A stretch of 64,000 nt of DNA from Octopus bimaculoides (Eukaryota): positions 10,425,005 through 10,489,004 of the forward strand of contig NC_068993.1 in assembly GCF_001194135.2 (NCBI RefSeq). The letters are read 5' to 3'. Below the pieces are notes generated by a model. The model worked only from the letters and a program-made list of their open reading frames with translations. It did no database searches and had not been told where the DNA came from. How positions within the stretch are numbered: position 1 is the stretch's first letter; every line of letters starts with the position of its first letter. Below, in pieces: positions 25,291 to 40,069 of this stretch. The position numbers and the translations under genes were made by a program.

Positions 25291-28200
25291 CCCACCCCAC
25301 TCCGACAAAACTCTGACCATGACATATTGCTAGTACTTATTTTAAATTTATTTTATCAGCTACACATCATCATGAGGGAGAGGGGGAAAAAGTTAACTTC
25401 AATAGACTTAGAAATCTCTTATCTTTTACTTGTTTGTCATTAGAATATGGCCATACTGAGGTACCACCTTAAAGGGTTTAAGTCTTGTAATTTATTCTGT
25501 CTCTTTTGTTGAACTAATAAGTTACTGTTTGTCAAGTGGTGGTGGGGGAAAACAAAACACAGACACACACAAGGGGGGTGGGGGTGGAGAGCAAGGATTA
25601 TAATAGATTTAACTGATCCCAGTACTTCATTAGTACTTTATTTTACCCACCCTTGTGAGATGAAAATCAAAGTTGAACTTAGAACCTAACTCTCAGATGT
25701 TAACAAATACTATAAGGTAATTTTGCCAGTGATTCTACCATTTCTGCTACTTAAAATGCAACAACAATAATTACTATAACCACCAGCCATACTACCACCA
25801 CTGCCACCACTACAACCATCACCACCACCACACTAAACATATAACAATAATAATAATAACTTAGTATTGTGTGGTCTGAGGCCACATATTTCAAGGGAAG
25901 ATTGTAGTAATTTTAAAAGGCCCTGGTATCTCAGTGTTGCTTATTTTTATCAACCTCAGAAGGATAACAACAACAGTCATAACAGGATTAGAAAAAAAAA
26001 GAAAGTAAGGAAAAACAGAAACGGAATGTTAACTAAATAGGGCCAGGCATTTTGTCCTCTACCCTATTTATTTTGTCACACTACTGTACTACTACTACTA
26101 CTACTACTAAAAATATACTACTGCAATAGTTTCTTGCATTAGTAAACAGTTTTTGTACAACAGGGGTACAATCAATTAACTCTTAATACCCACCTACCCG
26201 AAACCATCAAAATCCTTAAACTCTTCTTATTTATATTAAAATCTTAATCACAACCCAAACTAGATAACAAAATGGTAACAGGTTTTGATTAGTCAATATT
26301 AATAATACATAATATTACAGATATTTTAGTAAACCACTCCGAAATCTTGATTATATTAAAAATTAATTAAACACATATTTCAGTCTATTCATTAGAGAAA
26401 TACCATCACGAAAGGGTTCAAGTGGTTAAATTGATCTCAGTACTAGATTGTATTTATTTTGTATTGACTCTGGGCAGAGATGAAAGACAAAAGCCAATAC
26501 CAGAGGGATGATAAGAAAATTAATTTCATGAATAGCCACTCAGCTTTAGATTTATAAGGACAAAGCCCCCATCCACTTCTTGGAATGTTTAATCAGTCAA
26601 CCAAAAAACAAGAACATGAAAGTTGAAATTCATGACAATAACACTACATATAAGATTACAATTTCAAACAACAAGAAAACATTTAATCACACACACAACA
26701 CAAAAATGACTGACGTAGGGGTGGTATGGTGATGGTAGTGGTTACTGTGGACTAAATACATTTACTATATTCTTATTGAAATTCCTTCTGCTGTTAATAA
26801 AATACTCTCTGGTATTTCTGGCAGCACAAAGACATTTTTTTGTGGTTATTATGATGATAATAAACGAGGTATTTCATTGGTAAATATATCTAGTAAGCAG
26901 TTTGAATGAGACAAGAAGTTTAAAGAGAAAAGAGAGAACTTCTGAAGCATTTGAAAAATTCTGAATAGCTTGGAGAGAAATGGAGGGAGGAGAGCTCCAA
27001 CAAAACCCAACAGGAAGCTCCATTTGATGGTCCTGCATTCTCTAAGTAGATTGCTGGGGAATTGGGGGAGAAGATTCTGTAAATCCTCAAATCTGGAAGT
27101 GGTATTTGTTGGAAGGAAGAAAACAATGAAATTTTTAAATAGAAAGAGAGAAATTAGAAAATATAAGAGAAAAAGCAATAAGGTGCACAAATGACGAAAA
27201 CAGACAGAAACCAATTCAAGAAGGAAAGTTTGAAATATTTCATATAAAATGCCAGCATGGAAAATGGACATTAAATGATGATGAATATAAAACCCAGATA
27301 TTTAGTGACACGTTCAGCCTGTCTATATTATACAAGCTGAGAGAAAACTGGGTACAAGAGGATCTAGTGTAAGAGAGGACAGCTAGATGAAAGACTTAAG
27401 TGATCCAAATGGAAGAAAACTATGTGTAAGGAAGCCCGAGGAAGACAATTAGAAACAAGGCTGAAAAGTGATTTGAGGAGTCTGAATTTTGTTATAGGGA
27501 TAATAATAATAATGGAACACCCACCCACATGATGAGTGGTATGTGCGAGTCATTACAAATACTGTGACATAGGGTCGAGAGGGGAGTAGTTGGTCAGATA
27601 GTTGTCTTACTTGTCTAACTAACTATACTGCTATATGGGAGTGGACATTATAACAGTCCAACATTGGATGGCAACAGATTACAACAAATTTCTTGAAATA
27701 AAAGACAAGGGACTGCTGTGCTAGAGAAGACCTGTTCAACCCATGCAATTTATTGAAAAACAAAATGGAAAATAATTAGGGTCTGGGGGATTTATCATAA
27801 TTATTTTTGTCTTGATGCACAAAACACGACACTCTATTAACAATCTACAACAAAATTCTTGTATAGATCCATTCAACTTGCTCTAAGCAAATATGTGTAG
27901 TAGGTACAATTCTCCATTGCATGAAACTTCACACAAAGCGGAACTTGTTTGTCTAAACTGATTTGCCTTGAGATAAATTACATGAAGTTGAAAACTGCTT
28001 CAAATCAAGCTCTTGTCACTCAATAATTTATAGATTCGGCATAAATAACATTACATGATTAAAAGAAAAAAAAAGATTGACAGATAGCACAGCACCTCTC
28101 TTGACCACATATCTAATCAAATACACTGCCTATGTGTTTATTAATCTCGAAACTAATCAAATGGTTTGCACATAAATAGAAGGCATACTTAATACATTTC

Positions 28201-28519
28201 AATGTTTACATCTGCACTATGTTTGGATTGGTCCGAACTCTGATCATTGTTAGGTGCCTTACTCCTGAAGAAGGTACCAGGGGGCTGGCAAGGGGAAGTC
28301 TAAAGAACTTTACTGTTGCTATTTTCATAGAATAGTTTTTGTCATAATCACAAAATCTCTGACTGATGGTGAAGTGGAAGTTGTGACGTTAATGAGATAG
28401 CAAACTACTGTAACCAAAACCTAATGCCAGAGGCAGCAACTAAATTCATTGACATCATGATACACATGACCCACTTTTTATCAGAAAGTGGGGCAACCAC
28501 ACGATTCAACACTTATGTG

Positions 28520-28734
28520 GTAACCTGTTCGTTGCCATACTTCTGTTGAGATGCTCTGGGGTTCATTCAATTAATTTTAAATATAACAAAGAATTTAATA
28601 AAATAACTTAGTGTTAGGAACATAAATTGTGACTAAGGTTTGGTGGAAGATTTTAATTCAGAACTTTTGAAAGCAAGACATTTGTACTACAGAGCCAGAG
28701 GCGGTTTCAGTCGGGTTGGTATCGAAAGGGCTAA
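28520..28734. mobile_element. Second piggyBac-like MITE family (degenerate TTAA-CCCTTT termini)
   Basis: taacctgttcgttgcc ... ggtatcgaaagggctaa. A related fragment lies at ~8539-8695. Confidence 0.5.
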
Positions 28735-28866
28735 TTGTATTTAGTTTATTGACTGACAGAGAATGAATTAAAAATAAAATCAAACTTATCAGATCATTAA
28801 GGTCATTAAGTAACACAAGACACTATCTATCTTTCCACTTCATGCCTTAGGCAACACATTAAGCTT

Positions 28867-28902
<36 letters not shown>

Positions 28903-28924
28903 CATGCTGCCTAGTCAATGGCGG

Positions 28925-29222
28925 ATTCACACTTAGTTCCATGTTCCCCATCCACTTCATCTCGTTTTCAACAATCCTTCTCCAGCTGTTCTTGGGTCTT
29001 CTGCATTTTCTTCTTCCATTGGAGGCCCATGTCATGGATGTCATACAGTTGTCATCGAGATCCTTCCTCAGAATCTAGCCAATGTAATTCCACCTCCTTC
29101 TCTGTACTTCACTGCTCATGTTCCCCATCTCACATCTCTTGAGCACAGCCTTGCTCTTTGTGTGATCTTGCCACTATATCTTAATCACCAACCTCAGACA
29201 TCTGGCCCGGAAGACACCTAGC
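28925..29222 (-). mobile_element. RTE-clade LINE ORF2 C-terminal remnant
   Basis: One frame of ~100 codons with two in-frame stops: FRARCLRLVIKI*WQDH...VQRRRWNYIG*ILRK...MTWASNGRRKCRRPKNSWRRIVENEMK. It matches the RTE pattern CLRxIxxIxW...RRRWxWIGHxLR...WxPxGxRxRGRPKxxWRR. Confidence 0.8.
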
Positions 29223-31394
29223 TTTTTATTGTCTCCTTTTTATTGAAAATGATAGTAATACAAATAGCCCCTCTTTTTACAAGATGGAGCAACAAGATAA
29301 TTCAAAGTGTGTGTTAATTGTATTTTATTGACAGAGAATGGATTAAAAGCAAAATCAGACTTAAAATTGGAACTTGGGTCCTTAAGTAACATTACGAGAA
29401 ACTACGCATCATTTAAAGTAAATCTATTCCTAAGCTTTCTTCTATACTCTACCAGCTTCACAACTTTTAATATTTCTTTCTTTTTCTAGAACAAAGTCTT
29501 AACTTTAAAGAAGAGAATTATAGTCACTTGCAGTGATTCCTGCCATATTTGAAGCAGTTCTTCAAAATTTGGAAGACTTGAAGGTAGAGTGAATTTCCAG
29601 TTGATTTATATACAGAGAACAGTGAAAGTAGCACTGAAGATGTCAAATAGTACAAAACAACCTGTCCAATCCCCTACTGCACTTAGTAACAGAAATCAAT
29701 CAGTGAATACTTAGTTGCAATACCACATAAATAAATAATCACAGAAAATAGTAATAAAAGGAAACAAAAAAAAAAGCCACTCAAGGAGTTACATGCAGGA
29801 CTCTATGCTTGGTGGAAGTACTTTTAATTTCAAGTAGGTTTTGATGAAGTGAACTAATTCACACTCCCACCATCTTTTAGTAGGATGCAACAAGTGACAA
29901 AAAAGGTCTGAATAACAACATGACCATCCCATTAAGATCAATTGTCCAACATTTTATACCTTTATTTTAAGGTCAACAGCTGACACAATATTTGGTAAAA
30001 ATTCCAACAGTGGATCACAGAAGGAAATGATACGAGTAACAATAACAAAAACAACTATTTTCAAGTATTTTCTAAAGCCAGTAACTAACCAGAACCATAT
30101 AGCTACTTTTTGAAGGATGCTGAGAGCTATTGTCTAGTTGGTACTTTAGTGATTAGTATTATATTGGCACTGTAGCAAAAGTGGAGACTTGAGGAGCTAC
30201 AGGGAAATTAAATATAAAGCTGAGAGGTAAGTTGGTTTTAATCCCATCAGACTGTGTCAGCGGTCAATATATTCAGTCCAGAGTTCTAATTCCTCTGTTG
30301 AGTGTCTCCTGGAGATGAAACCTGCTCTGCCAAGCTGAATTATCTTATATACACAAAATGAAAGACAATGTCTTTTTCCATACTTATTCGATGATGAGAT
30401 TCACAAGCACCAAATCCCCATAACTCATTGGATAGTTGGGTTAATATTGAAGACTTCATGTTTATGTTATAACTTAATCATCAATAGTCTACAGTGGTTT
30501 CCTCATTGCTGTTTTAAGCATACACATATTTTTCATGGTAAGTGGTTGATAATTAAATCTCTGCCTTGTCAGTCTAAAACAACTAACATCACTGCAGTCG
30601 ATTTAGTACCTATTACCAGCAGCTGGGGTAAACTGAGGTGAATAGACTGTTCTTTTTAGAAACAGAGTGAAATAGCAGCAGCAGGCAGTAGCAGACATGA
30701 ATATGTGGTTCTCTCTATCCTGAGATCTAACAGAACCTAAAATGGCTATGAGAGCTATTATATCACAGACTGGCAAATCATAAGTAGAAATTACCCTTGT
30801 TCAAAACAATGAAGTCAATTGTCCAAGATTTTATATTTCTAAGGTCAACAACTGAAAAGGCTTTTTAAAATTCTCAAGTGATGAAATAATGTAAATTTGT
30901 GTCAATCCCAACAAAGAGGACTAACTTAAAATCTGTATCTCAATTTCTTATTCAAAAGCAAATTTGATAATAAAATATTTGAAGGTTTATGTATTTAAAA
31001 TACACCAACACACATAAAGTCAATGCTTGTAGAATTTAATAAGGTCCCATTATCAATTTATTAAAACAATCATTGAAGTTTTAGATCTAATAAAACAAAT
31101 TGTTTTTTCTTTTTTTTCTTTTCTTTCTAGCTTATTGAGAAGTGAAAAGGCAGCACTACAACTTTTGCAGCACTTTGAAGGCAAGGGGAACCCCCCCCCC
31201 CCATTTTATGGCCTTAGAGACATTGCACTAACGGTTCCAACAGAATGGAATCTGTTAAAGATACTCATGGGTCTGGGATGCGGTAGTGTTTGAAAGTTGT
31301 AAATTTCATATATGCATCTTTAATATAATTACAAATGTATTTTTGAAAACAAGCACAACATTCAATTGAGGCCAGTACTACCATTTCTTTTTTT

Positions 31395-31745
31395 ACAAAA
31401 TGTGGTCTTGGATTCAGTCCCAACCATGTGGCACCTTGGGCAAGTGTCACCCAAAACCTTGTTAGTGAATCTGGAAGATGAAAACTGAAAGAAGCCCATC
31501 ATGTGTGCACGCCCTTGTCAAGACATCATGTAATGGTTGTAAATGAGTCTCACCATAGGACAAGAGAAGTTGTTCATCTCCAGTCTTCCATGTAAAATAT
31601 GTAGATACGGGGAAAATATTACGTTGCTTAGAAACTGTTGGGGTTGGCAGCAAGAACAGCATCAAGCTATAGAAAATCTGCCTCAACAAATTCTGTCTGA
31701 CCCATGCAAGCATGGAAAAGTAGATGCTGAATGATGATGATGATG
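31395..31745 (+). mobile_element. Family F SINE, showing family A head, F body and (GAT)n LINE-type tail in one copy
   Basis: ggattcagtccc..ggcaccttgggcaagtgtc head; acccatgcaagcatggaaaag...gatgatgatg tail. Confidence 0.7.
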
Positions 31746-33689
31746 TAAAATGATTGGGTGAATAAAGAATGAAACAAGCAAGATATGGATATAAATTGGT
31801 TCACTTTTGCAGAAGGCGTTTCATTAACCTCTCTAGACTGAATGCTTCAATCACTTCACCAAAGAGAGGCAGCACAGGTACAAAACTATTCTCAAAGTTG
31901 CCTCTGATGATATATCAACAATCTATTTATAAAACATGTCTCATCTAGTTCATGGTAGATAGTTGGGAGATATATAACAAACTTATGGCACTCCAGGGAA
32001 TTGTGCAATATTTTATTTTAAAATATGGAATAAATGGTTTTGCACTTTTAAATGCTTTACGGAATACTATTCCCATATCAAGACAACGAAAGGACTTCTA
32101 CAGGCTTGTTTAAACTGCTAGAAATGGTAATCAAAATTCACTCAATAATTCTCACCCTTCTGCTTCAAAAGTGAAAGAAATAATGAGTAATGTAGTCCAA
32201 ATTGTACAAGATGGGATAGTCACACAGCCCGAACACCCTTGATCTGAGTTTAGACTTGGGACACTCCTGTAGCTGAAAGGTAAACAATTTTCCTGGTCAT
32301 GAGTTGAACTGAATTAAAACTTTCAAGCTTTAAGCTACTATTCTGTGATCACACAAAGCCTCTGCTTGCTACAGTAATATACTCTATTTTAGAAGTTACT
32401 AGCTACACCACAACTTTATTATTTTTATTTTGCCCCATCCCTGTGACTCCCTAAAAACATTGCACAAAAATTCTGTATACAATTGTGAGGACCATCACAC
32501 AACAAAGCACCTATACTTTTGTGGGTTGTAACCAATAACAGAAACTTTTCAATGAAGAAAAGCAAGTCCTAAGTCCTTTTACTCAAATAGCTTCTTTTCT
32601 CAAACTGTTGCTCTCTGGAACTCACTACCAATGCCTCATTTTCCTTGGGGCCTTTCTCTCAATTGCCAGCTTTTGAATTTGTAGCCCCCCACCACTTTTA
32701 TTCTTCCTTTGTAGTCATGTATGCTACAGTAGCCTCAAGCTTTGTTTTGGGATGAAACCATATATTAAAAAAAAAAATAAACAAAACATATTAAATGACA
32801 TTTATCTTACTCATGTCACCAGAGAGAGAGCGCAACTATGTACTATACAGAATAGGGAACGCTATCCAGCAACAGAGAAGCAAACACTCTTCAGGTGACA
32901 GGTATCGGAAGCTACATACAAAGGTAGAGAAACTGCTATACATGGGCTCTATGGAATGTTCTTTTTATTGAAATAAAATGCATGTTACAAACAGAAATAT
33001 TAGGAAGTGATCTCTTTTTTTTTTCTACAGTTCTATTTTCAATTCTATCAATCTAAAGTGGACAGAATCAACAGAATTTAAGACGTTGTCACAGGAACTA
33101 GAAAATGCTGTAGCATCGGTGATAAACTGTGAACAAACCAAGCTTGTAAATTGGTTTTGATTCCTGGCTTCAGATTCTTTGCTTAATCTGTTAATATCAT
33201 AGAGAAAGGCATGAGCATCATATTTCTGTTTTTTTATTTACTCCCATCATGTCATGTCAAATCAACCAAAATTTTAGGAAATTGATTATTTATTGCACAT
33301 GAACTGCAGAGACTGCTGTTTACTGCACATAAATGGCCAAGACTGCTATGTACAGGCTGGATACCACTTTACAGCACTGAACTATGATGCATATAGGATG
33401 TGGATGGCAAGAAATAATAGTATCAGTGCTTTTCTGTGGTTACATAATGCAGAGTTTGAACTCGTGTTCTTGGTTATAGTGAGAATAACCCCAGTAAGTA
33501 GACCTCTCTCATCAACACAACCACCACACTCCAGTTGTTTATAATTAGAATTATTATTAATTTCTTATAAATGCATTAATTCTTTATTCACACTGAACAA
33601 TCATTCAGTTAATATTGATCTAAATCAATATTAACAGATTGTTGAATGGAAGTATAACAGTTAATATTGACACACACACGCACACACGG

Positions 33690-33913
33690 GGTTGGGGGGG
33701 TGCTGAAAAGCTGCTGGCTTTGGGTAAAAGAAAATACAGGAAGATCAGTTAATTGTGGTTTTATCCAATATAATCCCCCTCTCAGATTTGCACACTTATT
33801 GTGGCAGTTCTTCAGCTTTTCTAAGCCCTGTAAAAGAACTCGGAAGGTTGGGCCTCCAGCCTTGCCTTTCACAATATCCTTAAAGCCAGGAACATTTCCG
33901 TACCCCTTTGAAT
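33690..33913 (-). mobile_element. Mariner-derived MITE retaining the transposase C-terminus
   Basis: Inverted ends GGGGTGCTGAAAAGCTGCTGGCTTT / AAAGCCAGGAACATTTCCGTACCCC. The minus-strand LQGLEKLKNCHNKCANLRGGLY resembles the mariner C-terminal GIxKLxxRWxKCIxxxGxY motif. Confidence 0.7.
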
Positions 33914-36312
33914 ATATACCCACATACACACAATCACTTTAACATCCACTTTTCCATGCTTGTATGAGATTTCATTGATGCAAACTTTCTACAGCCAGAT
34001 ACCCTTCCTGTTGCCAACCCTGATCAGTTTCAAAGCCAGGTAATATTTCCCCATGGGTAGACATGTTTTCCCAGAAGATTGGAAATGAAGTACACCACTT
34101 ATATGACAGAGACACTCATTTACAGCGATCATATGCTGTCAAGACAAGGAGACATCAACTTACAAACAACTACATGGTCAGGAAGCAACAAGCCTCTCAA
34201 CCACACAGCTACACGACAGTGGCAGGAGTCCTAGATGAACAAGTGTGTGCGTGTGTCTGTTTACACAAGCCCTCCCTCAGATCCATGAGGGAGATAAAAA
34301 TGGGATGGTACTACACTCATGTCCATGCCAATGTGAGTATCGTGAATTAGAGAAAGAAGCCACAGTCGAGAATTAAAATGGATCAACTGACTTCATCAGG
34401 AATTTTCCTTTACAACTTATTTTAAGAGACAAAACCAAATGCACAAGTCAACTTTTGAGACTATATATGGTTGCCTGACCTACTAGAAATAGCTAACTCT
34501 CCCCTAAATCACACTACCATATTAAACAAAATGACATCAGTTGATGTAGTCACAAATACACTCAAAATAAAGTATGAGATGATCACATCTGGAAAAATCT
34601 TTATAGATAAAATTGCTCGATCAGAGTTGCTATAAGAACAAACAAAAAAGTGACAAAAACAACATTATTATTATTATTATTATTATTATGAACTCAAATC
34701 ACATAGGGAATATGAAGTTGTTAATATCTGTTACCTTGATTAGAAGTTTAAATCAAGATGGAAGCACCGAAATATTGTACCACTTATTCCCCACATGAGA
34801 TCATCCCAAGCAGTTCTTTCATCATCATCATGGTATTAACATCTACTTTTTCATGCCTGCATGGGTCAGAAGGGATTTGCTGGGGCAGATTTTCTATGGG
34901 TGGATGCCCTTCCTGTCACCAACTCTCACCTGTTTCCAAGTAAGGTAATATTTCCCTATGGCTGGGCATGTTTTCACAGAAGATTGGAAATGAAGGATAC
35001 CAACTGTATGACAATGGTACTCGTTTACAACAATCATACGATGCCAAGACAAGGAGCCCAATAACTCGCGCACGCACACACACACACGACAAGCTTCTTT
35101 AAGTTTCCATCTAATAAATCCAGGCTTTGCTTAGCGCAGGGCTATAGTAGAAGACACCTGTCCAAGGAGTCACTCTGTGAGACTGGATCCAGAACGAAGT
35201 GGTAGGGAAGCAAGCTTCTTACCATACAGCCATGGCTGCACCTACAGTTTTGATTAAAAAGTTTATTTTAAGAAAAAAAAAAAAAAAAAAAAAATTGTAT
35301 AACTATCAATTCTAATCATTAGAAACTAATTGAAAGATCACAAACATAAGCAACCTGTAGTGACGGTGGTGGTAGAAGTAGTAGGAACAACAGTAACAAG
35401 TGGAATAGTAATTTTATTTTTATAAAAAAAACTGTATGTACAGGTAGATAAAGGTAAACTCACAACAACTACTTACTTAAATAGTGTTAAATTTCATTTT
35501 TAACCTTTCACGGGAAAAATAAGGATTGTCAGCTTGTAGCAGAATAAATCAGTGAGTCATCATGACCTTTGAACATTGACCAAGTTTATATAACTTCAGT
35601 CAACAAGTAAACATCTAACTTGGCCACTTCTTCTGCTAGAAACAGCAGTCATGTCTCTCTCTCAAATTACACCCTATGGTCTTAATTAAAAATACAAACA
35701 CACATGTGGTCCAAGGTATTTAAAGAACGAATGTCTGTAATGTCTAACCTGGTGTTAAACAGCATGAAACAAAACTGGACAGTAAAATGGCTCAATTGTG
35801 TCATAATGTATATAAACCATTGACAAGAAAGATACAATGGTTTTCACCTGAGAATATATATAGAAAGGAGACAAGAATAATTCTGGCAACAGCTAGCCGG
35901 AACACCAGGTGCATTTTGGCCTTCTTGGGCCTTGTCTATCATGTGTATTCAGTCACATGCCTAGTTGGGATTTATTAGCTTTGACATACTGGAAATAGTA
36001 GTTCATTTATTGATATTTATTGATGGTAAGCTGAATGAAACATCTGGGGTGCACAACTGAAACAGCATTAATTTAAAGTTGCCGTCTCTGTATCGCAACA
36101 CTCTGCACTCCAGTGCATCATCAACCAGTGTGAACGAGTTTAAGAGTGTACAGTGTGGTACCAAACCAAAGTAAAATATACTATGGTTTATATCCGATGG
36201 TAGTACTGATATTAGATCTGATGTAAGCTAACTGCCGTAGCTATCACAACATCAAAAGGACTGCTTAAGGAAAAAAAAAATATTGCAAAACAATTGCCAA
36301 TTATATAGCACC

Positions 36313-36474
36313 TACTACACTCTCGGAGTGGTTGGCATTAGGAAGGGCATCCAGCTGTAGAAACTCTGCCAAATCAGATTGGAGCCTGGTGTAGCCATCT
36401 GGTTTCACCAGTCCTCAGTCAAATCGTCCAACCCATGCTAGCATGGAAAGCGGACGTTAAATGACGACGACGAC
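36313..36474 (+). mobile_element. Family D LINE 3' end, young copy
   Basis: ctacactctcggagtggttggcattaggaagggcatccagctgtag...ggacgttaaatgacgacgacgac. Confidence 0.8.
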
Positions 36475-38381
36475 CTGTAACAATGTTTCCTTCACAACAG
36501 TCCATACATAACATAATAGAAAACAGTACAGCACTGATACTTCTTCATAGAAATTATGCTTTGCATAAATTCTCTTCATATGCTTTGATGTAAGCTAATC
36601 TTTAGCATTTTGACCAATACTGAATTATTCCAGCTGTTTTTTTTTTATCCATCCTGTATTATGCTTTTTCTTCCCTTTAATCTGATACAATACATCATAT
36701 ACAGCAACAACTAGATATCATCTTTGATTACTGCTTGACTTTCAAAGCCATTATGTTCAAGAGTCACTGTTCCCAGACCAGCTCCTCTGAATGAACAAGC
36801 TATGAATAAATTACTACTACTACTACTAATGAATATAACAAAAACACACACATCTGCTAAAAGAGACAGAAATACTGGACAATAGCAGTTTTTATACTAT
36901 TTCACTTGTTACAACCAGTGGACTGTAAAGAAATGAAAATTTATCTCTATAATATTATCAAAGATTCAATGATACAAACTGCTTCTCAAGCTCACTTCAT
37001 AAAAGGCATTTGGCGAGGTATAGTAAATCCTGATAGTGGTTTGTCTTAGTGGTAATTAACATTGATATGTGAATGAATAACAAATAGTTTTCAGAATACT
37101 ACAGTGGTGTGTCAGGAAAAGATAGGCAACTATAGCTCAAGGTATCGTGTCGGTCATCTAACGAAGCAAGATTTTGGGGTCAGAATTATTTAGGTGAGGA
37201 GGGAGACTATACTTCAGGATAATAAGCATCCATTACTCAGTATTTGATATTATAAATTGCAACTGATTCTTGCAATGAAGGAATGGCTAATACAGCATTA
37301 TAGAGTTTGATGTATTTGGATATTTCTATCAAGCTACAAAGGTGAAGAAATCATCATCATCATCGTTTTAACATTCACTTTTCCATGCTTGCCTGGGTCA
37401 GGTTAAATTCACTGAGGCATATTTTCTATAGCCAGATGCCCTTCGTGTCACTACCCCTCACATGTTCCCAAGTAAAGTGATATTTTCCCCTTGGCAGGAC
37501 ATGTTTCCACAGAAAACTGGAAATGAATGATACCACTTGTACAATGGCGATACTCGTTTACATACCATCACATTATATGAAGACTAAGTGACATACACAC
37601 ACACAATGCTTCTGTCCATTTCCATTTACCAAATCCACTAACAAGGCTTTCGTTGACATGGGTCTAAAGACACTTGCCCAAGGTTCCACACAGTTGAACT
37701 ACTTTGTCACACAGCCATGTCTGTGTTTAAGAATAGTTTTATATTTTGCTAGGGAGTGTAATAAGCTAGATCAAGGTAAATCTGTCATCCAATACTTCAA
37801 ATTTCACAGCCTCTGGTACTTCCAAAGTATTGCACTTACAGACTGCAATGTTTGTAAAGAAAGCAAGTTCTGTCTGTTTTGTAAATAGAATATTTGTTGG
37901 TACAATTACTTTTAAAATACTATAACAAGTTCCTGTGCTACTGGCAAAGTCTGCAATAAAAAACTCTTCAAGGTCGAAACAATTTATTATCACATTTATA
38001 AACTGCCCAATTTCTATAAAGTTACTATGGTTATATAACTAAAAATGTTGCTAGGCATATACATCTGTATTCCACAAGACTAACTTGGGGAAATATACTT
38101 TTTTAAAATCTGAAATTGTGATGATTTTACTCTGACAACTTTGACATATCAACAAGACAATTTTGTTCGTATTGCAAATACACAAATATGCACACAAAAT
38201 TATATAAATGAACAAATAAGTAATAAAAAAAACAAAGATAAGCAAACTAGTTATACAAAAGACCAGTGAGTGCTATAATTACAGTATTTGACATTCCAAA
38301 TTAGAATTCATTAACTAATAACTGGTATGAACATTCATAAGTTTAATCAACAACTTTGTTGTCTCATCATATAGAATAATC

Positions 38382-38588
38382 ATTCCTTTATTCTTTTACT
38401 TGTTTCAGTCATTTGACTGTGGCCATGCTGGAGCACTGCCTTTAGTCGAGCAAATCAACCCCAGGACTTATTCTTTGTAAGCCTAGTATTTATTCCATCG
38501 GTCTCTTTTGCTGAGTCACTAAGTTACGGGGATGTGGTTGTCAAGCGATGGGGGGAGTGACAAACACACACAAATGTGTGTGTGTGTG

Positions 38589-38628
<40 letters not shown>

Positions 38629-38790
38629 ATGGGCTTCTTTCAGTTTCTGTCTACCAAATCCACTCAGAAGGCTTTGATCAGTCCAAAGCTATAGTAGAAG
38701 ACACTTGCCCAAAGTGCAATGCAGTGGGACTGAATTCGGAATCATGTGGTTGGGAAGCAAGCTTTTTACCACACAGCCATTCCTGCACCT
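38382..38790 (-). mobile_element. Family A SINE
   Basis: Collinear with 44251-44655. Confidence 0.85.
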
Positions 38791-39389
38791 ATTCATAATT
38801 CTACAATTCTGCTTCATGTATAGCATATAATTCAAGCTTCCTACGTACATCGTAATGGTAGCACAAACAGAAATGACTAATAGCAGATGAAACCTAGTTT
38901 CAATATTATGCTAGTTGCAGTTTGATAAAGTGCTAATTACATAACTAACGACAAACACTTGTATTTAATAAGGAAACACAAAAACTGATTGAATAAAGAA
39001 CTAATGTGAATGTATATCCAGAGACTTAATGTTGTAAATTGGGATTAAAATGGTGATAGTGTTCTATTGGCAACATGTATGTAAACAAATAAGGAATCGA
39101 ACCAAAGAAGGAGCTACTATGTAGTCACTCAACTACAAATCACATAGGATATAAGCTTTAAAAAAGAGAAGATATTGAATAATGTTGTAGATACATTATA
39201 ATTACAGACAGAACATCTTTTTGCTTCACCAAAGTACAATAATGTGAGAGAAACTTAGATGATAACTGTGCAGAAGCTCACCATAGGAGAGCAAAAATTT
39301 AGTCAGTTGATGGAAATTGGTGAAACGAGTACCAGGCTGAACCAAGAACACCTGCAAATGGTGCTCCAATATGACCACAATTCAATGAC

Positions 39390-39735
39390 TATAATGTTGG
39401 GCCTCATGGAGGCAATGACTAACGACAGAGACCTTTGGCAATATGCTGTGCTTGAGAAGACTCATCAAGCCAAGTGAAACCATCGTTATGGCTGTTGCTA
39501 GTGTCATGTAAATGACACCTGTGAAATGGAAGTCATGGCTACTACTAGTGTAATGTAAATGGCACCCGTGCTGGTGGAATGTAAAAAGCACCCATTACAC
39601 TCTCAGGGTGGTTGGCGTTAGGAAGAGCATCCAGCCACAGAAACCATGACAAATCAGACTAGAACCTGGTCTGACTCTCCAGCTTACCATTTCCAGCCAA
39701 ACCGCCTAACCCACACCAGCATGGAAAGCGAATGT

Positions 39736-39777
<42 letters not shown>
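39390..39777 (+). mobile_element. 5'-truncated LINE: end of ORF (MLGLMEAMTNDRDLWQYAVLEKTHQAK*), 3'UTR and (GAT)n tail
   Basis: The DRxxWRxxV-like terminus is typical of RTE ORF2. It runs directly into the family D 3'UTR and the (GAT)n at ~39737-39777. Confidence 0.7.
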
Positions 39778-40069
39778 TGTGTATGTATTTATATGTGCTG
39801 CTTTGTTTACATACCAGTAACTTAGCAGTCCGGTGCAAAAGATCAATAGAATAAGAACCAGACATGAAAAAAAACAACAAAAAAGCAAAAACAAAACTGA
39901 AGGTCAATTTGTTAATTTGTTTGACTAAACTTTCAATACAGTGCACTAACAGGTCATAGTCCAATGACAGATACAAGTAAAAGATAAAAGCTATGGGACA
40001 TATTTGTTAAAATGTATTTTGTTCAACTATTATAGATATCAATATCTGAAAGAAACTTAACTTACTTAC

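Noticed and set aside
26849-27271. 140-aa minus-strand ORF
   Set aside because: Low-complexity F/L/S composition from the purine-rich plus strand, overlap with a repeat tail, no recognisable domain.
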